Below are positions 46,857 through 56,197 of a DNA stretch of 64,000 bases, piece after piece. Every line of letters starts with the position of its first letter. Position 1 is the first letter of the stretch. The position numbers and the translations under genes were made by a program. Location of the stretch: the IMG/VR virus record IMGVR_UViG_2513237176_000002. One strand, written 5' to 3'. Source of the DNA: a virus. Taxonomy: Duplodnaviria > Caudoviricetes. The notes under the pieces are model-generated. The model was not told where the DNA came from. It was given only the letters and a program-made list of their open reading frames with translations, and searched no databases.

Positions 46857-47270
46857 TCAGCCCGGCGTGTTTTGCCTGCGCCGCATGGTTGCTGCTGCGG
46901 CGAGGACTTGCCCGGCGAGGTAGGTGCGTTCCCGGCCGCGCATCTTGAACCGGGGTAGCAGGGGTTCGCCGGGCTGTTCGGGGTGGTCGAGGCACGCCCA
47001 GTTCCGGATGCGTTGCACGGGCACGTTGATGAGCTCGGCGGCCTGGGCGGTGGTGAGTTCCCGGTCCGGGTCGACGATGTCCGGCTTGTCGAGCATCCAG
47101 TCTTCGCCGAACGCCGCGGCGGTCGCGTCGAGTTCGTCACAGGCGTCCACGTCGAGGGCGCGGAGCCGTGCCCTGTACATGCCGGCGACGCGGCGGGCGC
47201 GGTCGAGGGCGGTGTCGGCGGGGTTGGGCCACCGGCCGCGGCGTGGCTGGTTGTTGTAGGCCGGGTTCAT
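46857..47270 (-). CDS. HTH DNA-binding protein
   Basis: LTTAQAAELINVPVQRIRNW. Confidence 0.7.
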   Translation of the reverse strand: MNPAYNNQPRRGRWPNPADTALDRARRVAGMYRARLRALDVDACDELDATAAAFGEDWMLDKPDIVDPDRELTTAQAAELINVPVQRIRNWACLDHPEQPGEPLLPRFKMRGRERTYLAGQVLAAAATMRRRQNTPG

Positions 47271-48103
47271 GCAGCCACCTGCACCAGCTGGTCGCTGTCT
47301 TGGCCGGGCCACATCAAGTGCTGCTGGTAGTGCTCGTAGTCGGCGTACGGGCGGACGGCGCCGCAAGCCTCGCAGTGGACGTCCATGGGGTCGCCGTCGT
47401 GGGTGGGTTCGGACCGCCATAGGGGTCCGGGGAGGTCGCGGACGGGCCGGGCGTCGCAGGCCCAGCATTCGCCGGGCACGTAGAAGGTTCGGGTGGTGCG
47501 GCCCAGGGTGGCTCGCGCCCGGCTGTGGAGGCGCTGCAGGTGCTGCACGGCCTCCCACCCGTACCTGTCGGCGGGTTCGTCTTCGATGCCGGCCGGGTGG
47601 ACGACGGTGGCTGCCAGCCGGGACAGGTGCCGTAGCCGTGGGGCGATGAGGTTGATGGCGCGTTGCAGGGCGGCGCCGCCGCGCAGGCGTGGCTGGGGGA
47701 GCGGGTGGCTGCGGGTGGTGGCCCATGCGGGTTGGGGGAGGAGCATGCCGTGGTTGAGGGCGTGCGCAGCCCGTAGTTCGCCTTCCCAGGTGGTGGCTGC
47801 GTGCACGATCTCGGCCTGCAGTGCTTCGACGTGGCCGGCGAGCAGCATCGGGCTTTCGTGGCCGCCGCCGGAGGTGTGTTCGCTGGGTGCCTGTGACAGG
47901 GACGCTTCGTGCAACTGGGCGAGGTCCACGTAGTCGTAGACGAGGCCGCGGATGTCGCGGTGCGCCCGGTCGAGGCAGGCGGTGCAGAACGGGTCGCTGG
48001 TTTCGGCGGCGAGCCGGGTGGCGGGGTTCCAGCCGGGGCAGCGGGCCAGGCTGTGGCAGAAGCCGGCGGTCGGCGTGTCAGCCGACGTCACGGTGTCGTT
48101 CAT
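47267..48103 (-). CDS. Zn-binding putative late-gene regulator
   Basis: C..C clusters at both ends; position before packaging genes. Confidence 0.6.
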   Translation of the reverse strand: MNDTVTSADTPTAGFCHSLARCPGWNPATRLAAETSDPFCTACLDRAHRDIRGLVYDYVDLAQLHEASLSQAPSEHTSGGGHESPMLLAGHVEALQAEIVHAATTWEGELRAAHALNHGMLLPQPAWATTRSHPLPQPRLRGGAALQRAINLIAPRLRHLSRLAATVVHPAGIEDEPADRYGWEAVQHLQRLHSRARATLGRTTRTFYVPGECWACDARPVRDLPGPLWRSEPTHDGDPMDVHCEACGAVRPYADYEHYQQHLMWPGQDSDQLVQVAA

Positions 48104-48293
48104 GCGGGTGATCCATTCCGGTCGCTGGTTCAGGTACCGTGCCGGGTGGATCACGTGGTGGTCATCTTCGGGAATGCACGGCACCGGACTTGCCCTCCGG
48201 TGCCGTTTCCGTCTCAGGGCCAGACGTCAGCCCATGGGTCGTCGAAGTCGGCGGGGGTTCGGCGCCAGCTGGCGGGCCAGGGTCGGCAGACCA

Positions 48294-48482
48294 TCAGAAC
48301 CGGAACTCCCCGGCCTCGACACCGGCGGCGAAGGCCCGCCACTCCTCCTCGGTGAACGCGAGCGGCGCCACGTCGGGATTCTTCGAGTCGCGGAGGAGGA
48401 TCCGGTCGCCGTCGCGGGCCACCTCAACGCAGGTGCTGGTTCCGCAGCGGGATGACTTGAGCCAGGGAAGATCTGGGGTCAC
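48294..48482 (-). CDS. DUF397 protein
   Basis: WLKSSRCGTSTCVEVA...RDSKNP...W.AF..GV..GEF. Confidence 0.92.
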   Translation of the reverse strand: MTPDLPWLKSSRCGTSTCVEVARDGDRILLRDSKNPDVAPLAFTEEEWRAFAAGVEAGEFRF

Positions 48483-48564
48483 GGCGAGAGTGTGACACGA
48501 GAATCTGCCAGGTGGCAGGTTGCGACGCCCGAAGGGTGAGCGCGAGGGCGCCCGGGGGTGGACA

Positions 48565-49170
48565 TCACCTTGAGCGGTCCATGGCTTCCGGCGGCGCGGG
48601 CGTCCCGCTAACGATACCGATCGGCAGCATGTCGGCACGGCTGAGCGATTCCGGGCCGATCACCATGTCGTCGCGCCACTTCCCGGCCTGCCGGATCGCT
48701 TTCACGCAGTGGGCGGTGCCGGCGCTGGTCGGATCCCACACCACGAAGTCGTCCGCGGCGTCGGTCATGAACAGATTCCGGTGAAAGTTGATGTGCAGCC
48801 CGTCGACCTTCAGCGCGGTGGTGCCGAGGATCTGCTCCGCCACATACGTCACCTTCCACGCCTGCCCGACTATCTCCCCCGCCTCGGCGAGCCGGTCCCG
48901 TTCGAGCAGCGAATTCCGGCCCCAGTAGTGCCGCAGGTAAGACTTCGACGGGATCACGCACCACAGCCGCACACCTTGCCGCAGTGCCACACGCGCCAGG
49001 AGCTCATCGAAGCCCTCGGCCATGCCCGACATCACGACCAGCCGGGAACCGTGCTCCAGGACCCGCTGAGCGACCCTCTCGGTGCACAGGTGCATCGCCT
49101 CCACCTGCAGGCCACGCGGGGCGGTGCGGAGGCTGCGGGAACCAGTGCCAGCCAGCACGAAGTCGCTCAC
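48565..49170 (-). CDS. SLOG-superfamily (YspA-like) protein
   Basis: GTGSR, SGMAEGFD, RN..M, WD..SAGTAHCV. Confidence 0.8.
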   Translation of the reverse strand: MSDFVLAGTGSRSLRTAPRGLQVEAMHLCTERVAQRVLEHGSRLVVMSGMAEGFDELLARVALRQGVRLWCVIPSKSYLRHYWGRNSLLERDRLAEAGEIVGQAWKVTYVAEQILGTTALKVDGLHINFHRNLFMTDAADDFVVWDPTSAGTAHCVKAIRQAGKWRDDMVIGPESLSRADMLPIGIVSGTPAPPEAMDRSR

Positions 49171-49397
49171 GCGGCGGCTCCTCGCTGCATCCGGCGTAGG
49201 ACGGGCGCGAGTTCGCCCCACGCAACATCGGACAGGTACGGCACGCCAGAACACGCGCACGGCCCCGGTGGTGTTCGTGCAGCCTTGCAGGCGGCCACAC
49301 CGGTGCAGGGATGCCACTCGAACAGGTCGCCAGCCTCGTCACCGCCCGCACGGACCAGGGCCTTCGCGATTTCGATACGCAGTTGCTCGACGGTCAC
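49167..49397 (-). CDS. Hypothetical protein
   Basis: GTGA-coupled early gene. Confidence 0.55.
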   Translation of the reverse strand: MTVEQLRIEIAKALVRAGGDEAGDLFEWHPCTGVAACKAARTPPGPCACSGVPYLSDVAWGELAPVLRRMQRGAAA

Positions 49398-49585
49398 GGC
49401 TGTTCCTGGATGCGGTCGCCGTCCTCGGTGTAGCCACACGCCTCGCACCAGGCAGGCAGGCCGTCGCGGCGCTGGACGAGACGGTGCGGGCCAGGGCACT
49501 CCTCGGCGAGGGCGTCGGCCAGGTTGTCACGGGCCTCGGCGAACATGGCTCGGGCGGCGGCGATGTTCTCGTGGTCGGCGGTCAC
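49394..49585 (-). CDS. Small Zn-finger protein
   Basis: CPGPH...WCEACG. Confidence 0.6.
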   Translation of the reverse strand: MTADHENIAAARAMFAEARDNLADALAEECPGPHRLVQRRDGLPAWCEACGYTEDGDRIQEQP

Positions 49586-49812
49586 CGGATTAACCCCTCA
49601 GCGGCATTCATGGCTTGGCGCAGCGACTGGTACAGCGAGCACCCACAGTTCGTGCATGCGCCGAGGGTGCCTTCGAACAGAACGCGATTACCGGGGTCGA
49701 TGCAGATGGGTCGCACGATCACGGCGTCGTGCCGGTCGGCGGGGCAGCCGCAAGCGCAGGCGCCCCATGTGAGGCGCTTGGGCGGGCTGTTCTGATGGTT
49801 GTTGGCTTGCAT
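49582..49812 (-). CDS. Small Cys-rich protein
   Basis: CACGC...H...CTNCGC; GAAGGA RBS. Confidence 0.6.
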   Translation of the reverse strand: MQANNHQNSPPKRLTWGACACGCPADRHDAVIVRPICIDPGNRVLFEGTLGACTNCGCSLYQSLRQAMNAAEGLIR

Positions 49813-49897
49813 GTGGCGTTCCTTCCGAGGTTGTGGTGCAGGATGGGCGGCAGGGCAGCGGAGCGTTACCGGCGTTCCGCTGCCCGCCAACGTCAGG

Positions 49898-50689
49898 TCA
49901 ACCAGTGGCGATGAACAACTGCGGCAGTTCGGCGAGATCCGCACGAACGTCGCCGTGCCGTTTGCGGCGGGCGGCCTCAGCTTCGACCTCAACCTGCAAC
50001 TGGGCTTCGGCCTCGGCCAGCGGCGTTGTGGGCAACGTCGTCAGCGCCTTCTCCAACGCATCCTCAAGAAGGGGCACCGCCTCACCGGCCGGAATCCGGC
50101 GTGCCGCCGCACGAGCTGCCGCCATCGCCGCAGCCCGGCCGGTCAGCCCGGTACGAGAGTCGCGGCGATCGGCGGGGGCCTGCACCAAGTGGGCCCGACC
50201 ATGGACGTCGATGTCCCGGCGCACCTCTTCGAGTCGCTGGCGTACCAGCGTGACCATCTGCGCCTCGTGGCTCATCGCCACGCGCACCGGGATGCCGGCA
50301 ACGGTGCGGAGGAACTCCGCCTTCATCGGCTCCCAGCCGGTCAACGTGCCCGCCGCACCTTCACGGACCTTCGCGTCCAGCCAGGCCGAAGCCGCGTCGG
50401 TGTCGATCCACCGCGGGAACGTCGGGTCGAGGTCGACCAACGCCCGGTACAGCACCTTGCCGGCCTGCCAGACCACGTGAAGGTGCTGCTGGTCGGTGCC
50501 GCACTTGTCGGGATGGTAGTTGACCCAGCCCCACGGGGTGCCGTTGAGGTGACCGGAGTCGCTGATCAGGTCACGGCTGGGGAGCTGCTTAAACACTGCC
50601 TGTGTCACCTGACGGCCGTCGATCGTCAGAGTGCTCAGCTCCACGGTGGCAGTGTGAATCTCCGCGTTGTGGACGTTCAGCACGGACAT
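49898..50689 (-). CDS. Hypothetical phage protein (263 aa)
   Basis: TGATG overlap with dnaB; RQVTQAVFKQL, PWGWVNYH. Confidence 0.75.
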   Translation of the reverse strand: MSVLNVHNAEIHTATVELSTLTIDGRQVTQAVFKQLPSRDLISDSGHLNGTPWGWVNYHPDKCGTDQQHLHVVWQAGKVLYRALVDLDPTFPRWIDTDAASAWLDAKVREGAAGTLTGWEPMKAEFLRTVAGIPVRVAMSHEAQMVTLVRQRLEEVRRDIDVHGRAHLVQAPADRRDSRTGLTGRAAAMAAARAAARRIPAGEAVPLLEDALEKALTTLPTTPLAEAEAQLQVEVEAEAARRKRHGDVRADLAELPQLFIATG

Positions 50690-52074
50690 CAGAAACCCTG
50701 GTCCGGGCCGGTGAAGTCAGCGAACCGGGACAGGTGCAACTGGGCTGCCACAGTCACCGTGTCCGTCGGGCCGTTGCGGTGCTTCGCCACGATGAAGTCG
50801 GCTTCACCAGCGCGTTCGTGTTCCTTGTCGTAGTAGTCCTCGCGGTGCAGCAGGATCACGATGTCGGCTTCCTGCTCGATTTCGCCCGAATCCCTCATGT
50901 CCGACAGCTGCGGCCGCTTGTCGGTGCGGGACTCCGGTCCGCGGTTGAGCTGCGCCGGAACCACCATCGTCGCTTCGAGTTCCTGGCCGAGGGTTTTCAA
51001 GTCGGCGGCGTTCCGGCCGACCTCGAGGTCCCGGCGGTCGTGTTTCTGCGTGGACCGCATCCGCTGCAGGTAGTCGACGAACACCACGCCGAGGGATCCG
51101 GCCTGCTGCCGGAAGCGGCGGGCGGCGGTGCGGATGTCGTTGACGGTGTTCGACTGGTCGTCGATCAGCAGTGGCCAGCCGGCGACTTCCTTGGATGCCC
51201 GCTTGGCTTTGTCCAGCTGGTCCGGGGTCATTCGGCCTGACGTGAACGCGGACAGGTCGATGCCGCCGACAGCGGACAGCAGCCGCCAGGTGAGTTCGCG
51301 CCGGGACATCTCCAGGCTGAACACGAGGGCGGGGTTGCCACGGCGGGCGGCGGCGATCGCGAACCCGAGCCCTGCCGTCGATTTGCCCATGCCGGGGCGG
51401 CCGGCGGGGATGACGAGCTGGCCGGGCAGGAACCCGCCGATCAGGTCGTCGAGGACTCCGAGGCCGGTGGACATGCCGCGGCGGACTTCACCGTTCATCA
51501 GTTTCTCCAGGTGGTCGAGTTCGGCGTCGTGGAAGTCGGCGTAGCGCTGCAGGTTGCCGGGTTTCTGCGAGACGGTTGCCTCATGGATTTCGGCCTGCGC
51601 GACGTCGATGACTTCGTCGACGGGCTTGGACAGCGTCTGCGAGGTGTGCACGATGCGCAGGCCGGCTTCGCGAACGCGGCGCCGTTTCGCCCAGTCAGCG
51701 ACGATCCGGGCGTGGTAGCGGGGGCTGCCGGTCGTGGTGGGGATCTTCTCGGTGAGGGTGTGCAGGTAGGGCACCCCGCCGACATGTTCGAGTTCGTCGT
51801 CTTCGTCGAGTTGCCGAGCGACGAGGGTGGGGTCGCTGGGGGTGTTGTCGGCCCACATGAGGATCAGGGTGTGGAACAGGGTGATGTGCCGCGGGTCGGC
51901 GAAGTCGCGGGCGGCAACGTGGTCAACCACCTCGTCGATGGCCTTGGCGGAGGTCATCATCATGCCGAGGACGGCCTGTTCGGCGGCGGCATCGGACATG
52001 GGGTGCTTTGACCAGTCGACATCCTCGACGGCATGTAGATGACGGCCGGGGGAGGCTTGAGCGGGGATGGTCAT
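50689..52074 (-). CDS. dnaB: Replicative DNA helicase
   Basis: AEQAVLG, GRPGMGKS, FSLEMS, VDYLQ, QLNR, SGEIEQEAD, KHRNGP. Confidence 0.97.
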   Translation of the reverse strand: MTIPAQASPGRHLHAVEDVDWSKHPMSDAAAEQAVLGMMMTSAKAIDEVVDHVAARDFADPRHITLFHTLILMWADNTPSDPTLVARQLDEDDELEHVGGVPYLHTLTEKIPTTTGSPRYHARIVADWAKRRRVREAGLRIVHTSQTLSKPVDEVIDVAQAEIHEATVSQKPGNLQRYADFHDAELDHLEKLMNGEVRRGMSTGLGVLDDLIGGFLPGQLVIPAGRPGMGKSTAGLGFAIAAARRGNPALVFSLEMSRRELTWRLLSAVGGIDLSAFTSGRMTPDQLDKAKRASKEVAGWPLLIDDQSNTVNDIRTAARRFRQQAGSLGVVFVDYLQRMRSTQKHDRRDLEVGRNAADLKTLGQELEATMVVPAQLNRGPESRTDKRPQLSDMRDSGEIEQEADIVILLHREDYYDKEHERAGEADFIVAKHRNGPTDTVTVAAQLHLSRFADFTGPDQGF

Positions 52075-53096
52075 GCTGCAGAGTCCGCCTTTCGCGAGAT
52101 AAGCCCTTCCGACCGGCATGGGCCGCAGGTGGAGGCAGGGAAGCGGGGGTGACGTTCGCAGCGCTCGCCGACGGGAATGGCCTTGGCGCCTGCGGATGGC
52201 TCGCGGTTCATGCCGTTCGCAAAGCGTCCGCCCTGCCCGTTGGTCTGGCCGTACCTGGACAGGCGGCGATTGGCCTCCATGATCCAGTTTTGGAAGGTGC
52301 GGTACCAGTCGCGTTTCGTGGCGTTCTTGCCGGGTTTGGACAGCCAGTGGTTCATGAACTTCCGAACCTCTTCATCGAGGTTGACGTTCGGGTAGTCCTT
52401 GGATGCCCACTCCCGTCCTCGTCGGCATTCCTCCGTCTGGTCCCAGTCTTCGCGGAGTCGGGTGCCGTTTTCTGGCCGCGGCTTCGCTGCGGCGGGCGCT
52501 TGCGCCGGGGTATGCGGGTTGTGGGTTGGGGGATCTACTACTAAAGCTTTAGTAACCACAACCCCGTCCGGAGGCGATGCCGCACCGGATAGCCTATTTT
52601 CCTGCGGAAACAGCCCGTCGTCAATGTCGTCACAGGATGCGGCGCCCTCCGGTCCGGATAGGCTATCGCCATCCCTATCGCCGACAGCTAGACCATCAGT
52701 CGGGAGATCAAGTCGCCGGAATTCGCCAGCCAGCCACTGCCGAAGAAGCTCGGACTCAACCTCACTGGCGGCGCGCAGGATAACCGGGCGCCGCTTGATG
52801 TTGCCGTACCCGCCGTCCCATCGGACGAACGATCGGACCAGCAGCTCCTCGGTGTCAGTGTCGAACGCAATGAACCGATGCTCCTGGAGTTCGTTCAGGG
52901 CTTCGACAACCTCAGCAGTGGTCGCGCCATGGGTCCGTGTAGACCAGCGCTTGGCGTTCAGCGACAAGACGCCGGCCGCGCTGATGTCTGGCTGGGAGGT
53001 CAGTAGCAGGTACATATGCTGGGCCTGCCGGGACAGGTTGCGGAAGCCTTCGTTGCGCCAGATGGCGGTCGAGATGTTCGCGTAGTTGCGGGTCAT
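52071..53096 (-). CDS. Phage replication initiator
   Basis: IWRNEGFRNLS..AQ.MYL.L; C-terminal F.NHW...DW.RTF.NW; upstream of dnaB. Confidence 0.8.
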   Translation of the reverse strand: MTRNYANISTAIWRNEGFRNLSRQAQHMYLLLTSQPDISAAGVLSLNAKRWSTRTHGATTAEVVEALNELQEHRFIAFDTDTEELLVRSFVRWDGGYGNIKRRPVILRAASEVESELLRQWLAGEFRRLDLPTDGLAVGDRDGDSLSGPEGAASCDDIDDGLFPQENRLSGAASPPDGVVVTKALVVDPPTHNPHTPAQAPAAAKPRPENGTRLREDWDQTEECRRGREWASKDYPNVNLDEEVRKFMNHWLSKPGKNATKRDWYRTFQNWIMEANRRLSRYGQTNGQGGRFANGMNREPSAGAKAIPVGERCERHPRFPASTCGPCRSEGLISRKADSAA

Positions 53097-53382
53097 CAAT
53101 CCGCCGCCAATAAGGTGATGGCTGGCTCGGCATCGCCGCGCCGGGCGATTGATGCGGCGGTTTTGCCCGTTGTGCCGTAGACTTCAGCCTTAAGCTTCAA
53201 CATGGCAGGTTCCTTCCGGTCGCTGCGGAACGAATCTTGCAAGCGCGGTCATGGTGTTCCAGCACCTGGCCGCGCGTCTTTTTATTCTAGTCCAGGCGTT
53301 CGATTCCACGGCCTTCCCGCGCCTCCTTTCGGGATTGATCCCGAGCATTTTTTATGCGCTGTGGCGGACTAAAAACAGTGCG

Positions 53383-53556
53383 TTACTGATCGGCAAATTG
53401 AGGCAATTTCCGGAGCCCTCGGAACGGCCGGACAACCTCACTGCCGTCCGCCCGACGGATCCACACGTTCCGCGGACCGCCACCCGGACCCCAGCCGCAG
53501 ATCACCACCACGGGCTCGCCGCGTTCCAGGTAGGTGCGGCCGGCGATCCCGCTCAC
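53383..53556 (-). CDS. Small hypothetical protein (57 aa)
   Basis: RTYLERGEPV...GPRNV.IRRADG..VVRPFRGLR; coupled start. Confidence 0.6.
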   Translation of the reverse strand: MSGIAGRTYLERGEPVVVICGWGPGGGPRNVWIRRADGSEVVRPFRGLRKLPQFADQ

Positions 53557-53930
53557 GACGTCGCCCCGTCCAGCGCCCGCCGCGCCGTGTCGGCGATCGA
53601 ATCCATTCCGATCACCAGGTCAGCGCGCGGCCCCGCGAACTCGGCGATCACCTCAAGTGCCGTCCGCAGCCGGTCAATGCCGCCATTCGGCGCCTGATAC
53701 CGGCTGTCGACCACAGCGGTCTTCCCGGCCGCGGTGAGCCGGGCCCGCACGCTGTGCTCCACGATGCCGTTCGTCAGCACCACCAGCCCGGCCTGCTCCA
53801 GGGAGCGGAGCGCCGGGCCGGCGCTGGACGGGAACGTCCACCACTGCTCGCCAACCCGGTACCGGGCGGCGAGGACGTCGAGGATCAGGTACTGGGTGGG
53901 CGGCAGTCGGTCCACGTCGATCCCGCTCAC
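53553..53930 (-). CDS. Hypothetical (wHTH-like) early protein
   Basis: GTGA-coupled. Confidence 0.65.
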   Translation of the reverse strand: MSGIDVDRLPPTQYLILDVLAARYRVGEQWWTFPSSAGPALRSLEQAGLVVLTNGIVEHSVRARLTAAGKTAVVDSRYQAPNGGIDRLRTALEVIAEFAGPRADLVIGMDSIADTARRALDGATS

Positions 53931-54253
53931 GAGTCGTCCCCGCTCAGCTCGACCTGTCCGGACTCCTTCGCGGCCCGCCAGGCGAGCGCCGTTGCCACCG
54001 CCGTGTCGTGCGCCTGGTCGAACGGCCGGGCCAGGACGCTGTTGGCGTGCCGCGCGCAGCCGCAGGTCCCGTACGGCGGATAGCTCTCGAACTCGACGCC
54101 CCGCTTCGCAGCTTCGATCGACAGTTCAGACGATCTGCCGCCCCAGTGGCAGCGGCCCTCCAAGCAGTCGCCGCAGGTGTCGTCGAACCACTCGGCGAGG
54201 GCGTCGCCTTCGTCATCGGTGAGGTCCGGCCAGTACGGATGCTTGCCGCTCAC
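53927..54253 (-). CDS. Cys-rich early protein
   Basis: CGDC..GRCH...CGCARH. Confidence 0.6.
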   Translation of the reverse strand: MSGKHPYWPDLTDDEGDALAEWFDDTCGDCLEGRCHWGGRSSELSIEAAKRGVEFESYPPYGTCGCARHANSVLARPFDQAHDTAVATALAWRAAKESGQVELSGDDS

Positions 54254-54633
54254 TCCGCCCACCACCGCAGGCTGGTCAGTTCGCCGGCCCCGTCGCCGTC
54301 GTTGAGCAGGTTGCTGTGCCGCTGCACTGCATCTGCGGCGGCTTCGCGTTCCTCGGTGGTCATGTTGCGGGTCAGCCACCGCCAGTCGCCGTGTAGCCAG
54401 ACGGAGTGCATGGCGCCGTCGTATGGGTCCGGGCCGAGCTCGCCAGCCCGTGCTTGGGCAACTACCTGGGCGTGGTGCTCTCGGGCGATGCTGAGTCCGT
54501 CGGCGATGCCGCGTTCACGGACCGCGCTGATGACGTCGTGGTCGCGCCACAAGGTGTCGGCGCGACTCCGGTGTTCGCGCTCGGCAGCAGTCACGCCCCT
54601 CACTAGCGCCCGCCACGGGAACTCGGCCATCAC
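54250..54633 (-). CDS. Hypothetical early protein
   Basis: Coupled; W.WLTRNMTTEERE. Confidence 0.6.
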   Translation of the reverse strand: MMAEFPWRALVRGVTAAEREHRSRADTLWRDHDVISAVRERGIADGLSIAREHHAQVVAQARAGELGPDPYDGAMHSVWLHGDWRWLTRNMTTEEREAAADAVQRHSNLLNDGDGAGELTSLRWWAE

Positions 54634-55022
54634 GCCACCGCCCTGCTCGGTGTCCGGAAGTCGCCGGCCCGGTACCGGTCGTCGATGTCGGCCGGGTTGA
54701 TGCCCAACCGGTCCAGAACCTTGACCAGCCACTCGGTCGGCTCGCCGTTGAGGGCGCCGCCGTCGTAGCTGAGATCCCACAGCACGGTGGTCTGGTCGCC
54801 GCCCGCGTACGACAGGGCGACTGCGGCGGAGAGGGACGCGTCGCCGATGAGCGCCAGGTAGCCGAGGTCGGCGCCGCCCTGCCCGGCCTGGTCCCGGAAC
54901 GCGGCATGCGCGGCGAAGGCCTGGGCGGCGTAGTGCCGGATCCAATCGGCGCGGTCAGCGTCACGGGTGCCAGGGGTGGGTGCGAGTTCGGTGGCCCGGT
55001 TGAGCCGGTCGATGGGGGTCAT
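54630..55022 (-). CDS. Hypothetical early protein
   Basis: GAGGAG RBS. Confidence 0.65.
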   Translation of the reverse strand: MTPIDRLNRATELAPTPGTRDADRADWIRHYAAQAFAAHAAFRDQAGQGGADLGYLALIGDASLSAAVALSYAGGDQTTVLWDLSYDGGALNGEPTEWLVKVLDRLGINPADIDDRYRAGDFRTPSRAVA

Positions 55023-55081
55023 GAAAGCTCCTCGTCTCGTGCAGGGGGTGAACGGCTGGGCCGCGGCGTGGTCTCGCGGCT

Positions 55082-55321
55082 TCACGTGAGCAGCCCGGCG
55101 CGGAAAGCGTTCGCGACAGCGTGTGCACGGTCGCGGGCGCCGAGTTTGCGCATGATCCGCTTTACGTGCGTTCTGACGGTCTCCGAACCGATGTACAGGT
55201 GCCGGCCGATCTCAATGTTGGTGCTCCCGGCGGCAACCAGTCGAAGTACCTGAACCTCTCGGGCGGTGAGCGGGCCGTGCAAAACGCTCGGTGCCGGATA
55301 GAAGTCGGTCCCGTAGCTCAC
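55082..55321 (-). CDS. Stand-alone LuxR-family HTH
   Basis: LTAREVQVLRLVAAG.TN.EIG..L.I...TVRTH. Confidence 0.9.
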   Translation of the reverse strand: MSYGTDFYPAPSVLHGPLTAREVQVLRLVAAGSTNIEIGRHLYIGSETVRTHVKRIMRKLGARDRAHAVANAFRAGLLT

Positions 55322-55659
55322 GCGTCCACCGCCAGCCGGACGCACTCCCGGCACTGGTGCTCGTGGCCCGGCGAGCCCTTCTCGAACGGCAGTGCGCAGG
55401 GCGTCGTACCGCAGCACCAGGTGCCGCACGCTCGGGCGTCGAGGTGTGCACCGTCGTCCACCTCGCAGGCGCAGGCGATGCACTGGTTCAGCACCGCTGG
55501 CCGGGTGCCTTCCTCATGTCCCTCGTCGCCAGGGAAGGCCACCTGCCGCAGGTAGCGGTGACCGGGCGCGATGACTCGTGTGTCACCGTCATTGGCCCGC
55601 CACTGGCAGCTGAAGCAGTAGTGCGGCTTGCGGGCGGTGCGAGCGACTGTCGTGCTCAC
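55318..55659 (-). CDS. Cys-rich early protein
   Basis: TARKPHYCFSC...I.PG..Y...CIAC. Confidence 0.65.
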   Translation of the reverse strand: MSTTVARTARKPHYCFSCQWRANDGDTRVIAPGHRYLRQVAFPGDEGHEEGTRPAVLNQCIACACEVDDGAHLDARACGTWCCGTTPCALPFEKGSPGHEHQCRECVRLAVDA

Positions 55660-55970
55660 GAGGTCACCGCCTCGGCGACGGAGAGCGGCACAATCCCGAG
55701 CTGCGCAAGGTAGTCCAGCGTCTCGGCCGCACTCATGCCGATCTCGTCGCGGCGGGCGTCACTGTTGCGCGCGGTGAAGTCGGCATCGGTCGAGTCGTGC
55801 CCGATCGTCACCGACATGTCCGCGGCCTCGGCCAGCCACGAGTGGACGGTGTAGCCGCGCGGGTTGCCAGGGAGCGGGAACTGGCGGACGGTGTGCTGCA
55901 CACCGTCCTGGCGGCGAGCCCAGCGCATCGCCGCGCCGGCCTCGCGCCATCCGGGGAAGATGCGCATCAT
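55656..55970 (-). CDS. Hypothetical early protein
   Basis: Coupled ORF chain. Confidence 0.6.
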   Translation of the reverse strand: MMRIFPGWREAGAAMRWARRQDGVQHTVRQFPLPGNPRGYTVHSWLAEAADMSVTIGHDSTDADFTARNSDARRDEIGMSAAETLDYLAQLGIVPLSVAEAVTS

Positions 55971-56197
55971 GCCACCGCCGGGTCGTCGTACTGCGCGTCC
56001 TGCCAGTCACCGGCGTAACCGTTCGCACCCCACCGGTCCATGCGTTCAGCGACAGCGTTCCAGCCGGCCTCCTCGATGCCGGGGTTGAAGTGGTCGCCGC
56101 ACACGTTAGGCACGCATTTGGTGCAGCCAGCGGCGGCGGCTTGGTCCAGGGCGGCCCGGACGAGTGTGTCGTGGACGGTCTGGGCTGTCAGCATCAC
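55967..56197 (-). CDS. Hypothetical early protein
   Basis: Coupled ORF chain. Confidence 0.6.
   Translation of the reverse strand: MMLTAQTVHDTLVRAALDQAAAAGCTKCVPNVCGDHFNPGIEEAGWNAVAERMDRWGANGYAGDWQDAQYDDPAVA

Noticed and set aside
50689-52074. Intein in DnaB (also checked for TerL)
   Set aside because: Normal lengths and continuous motifs
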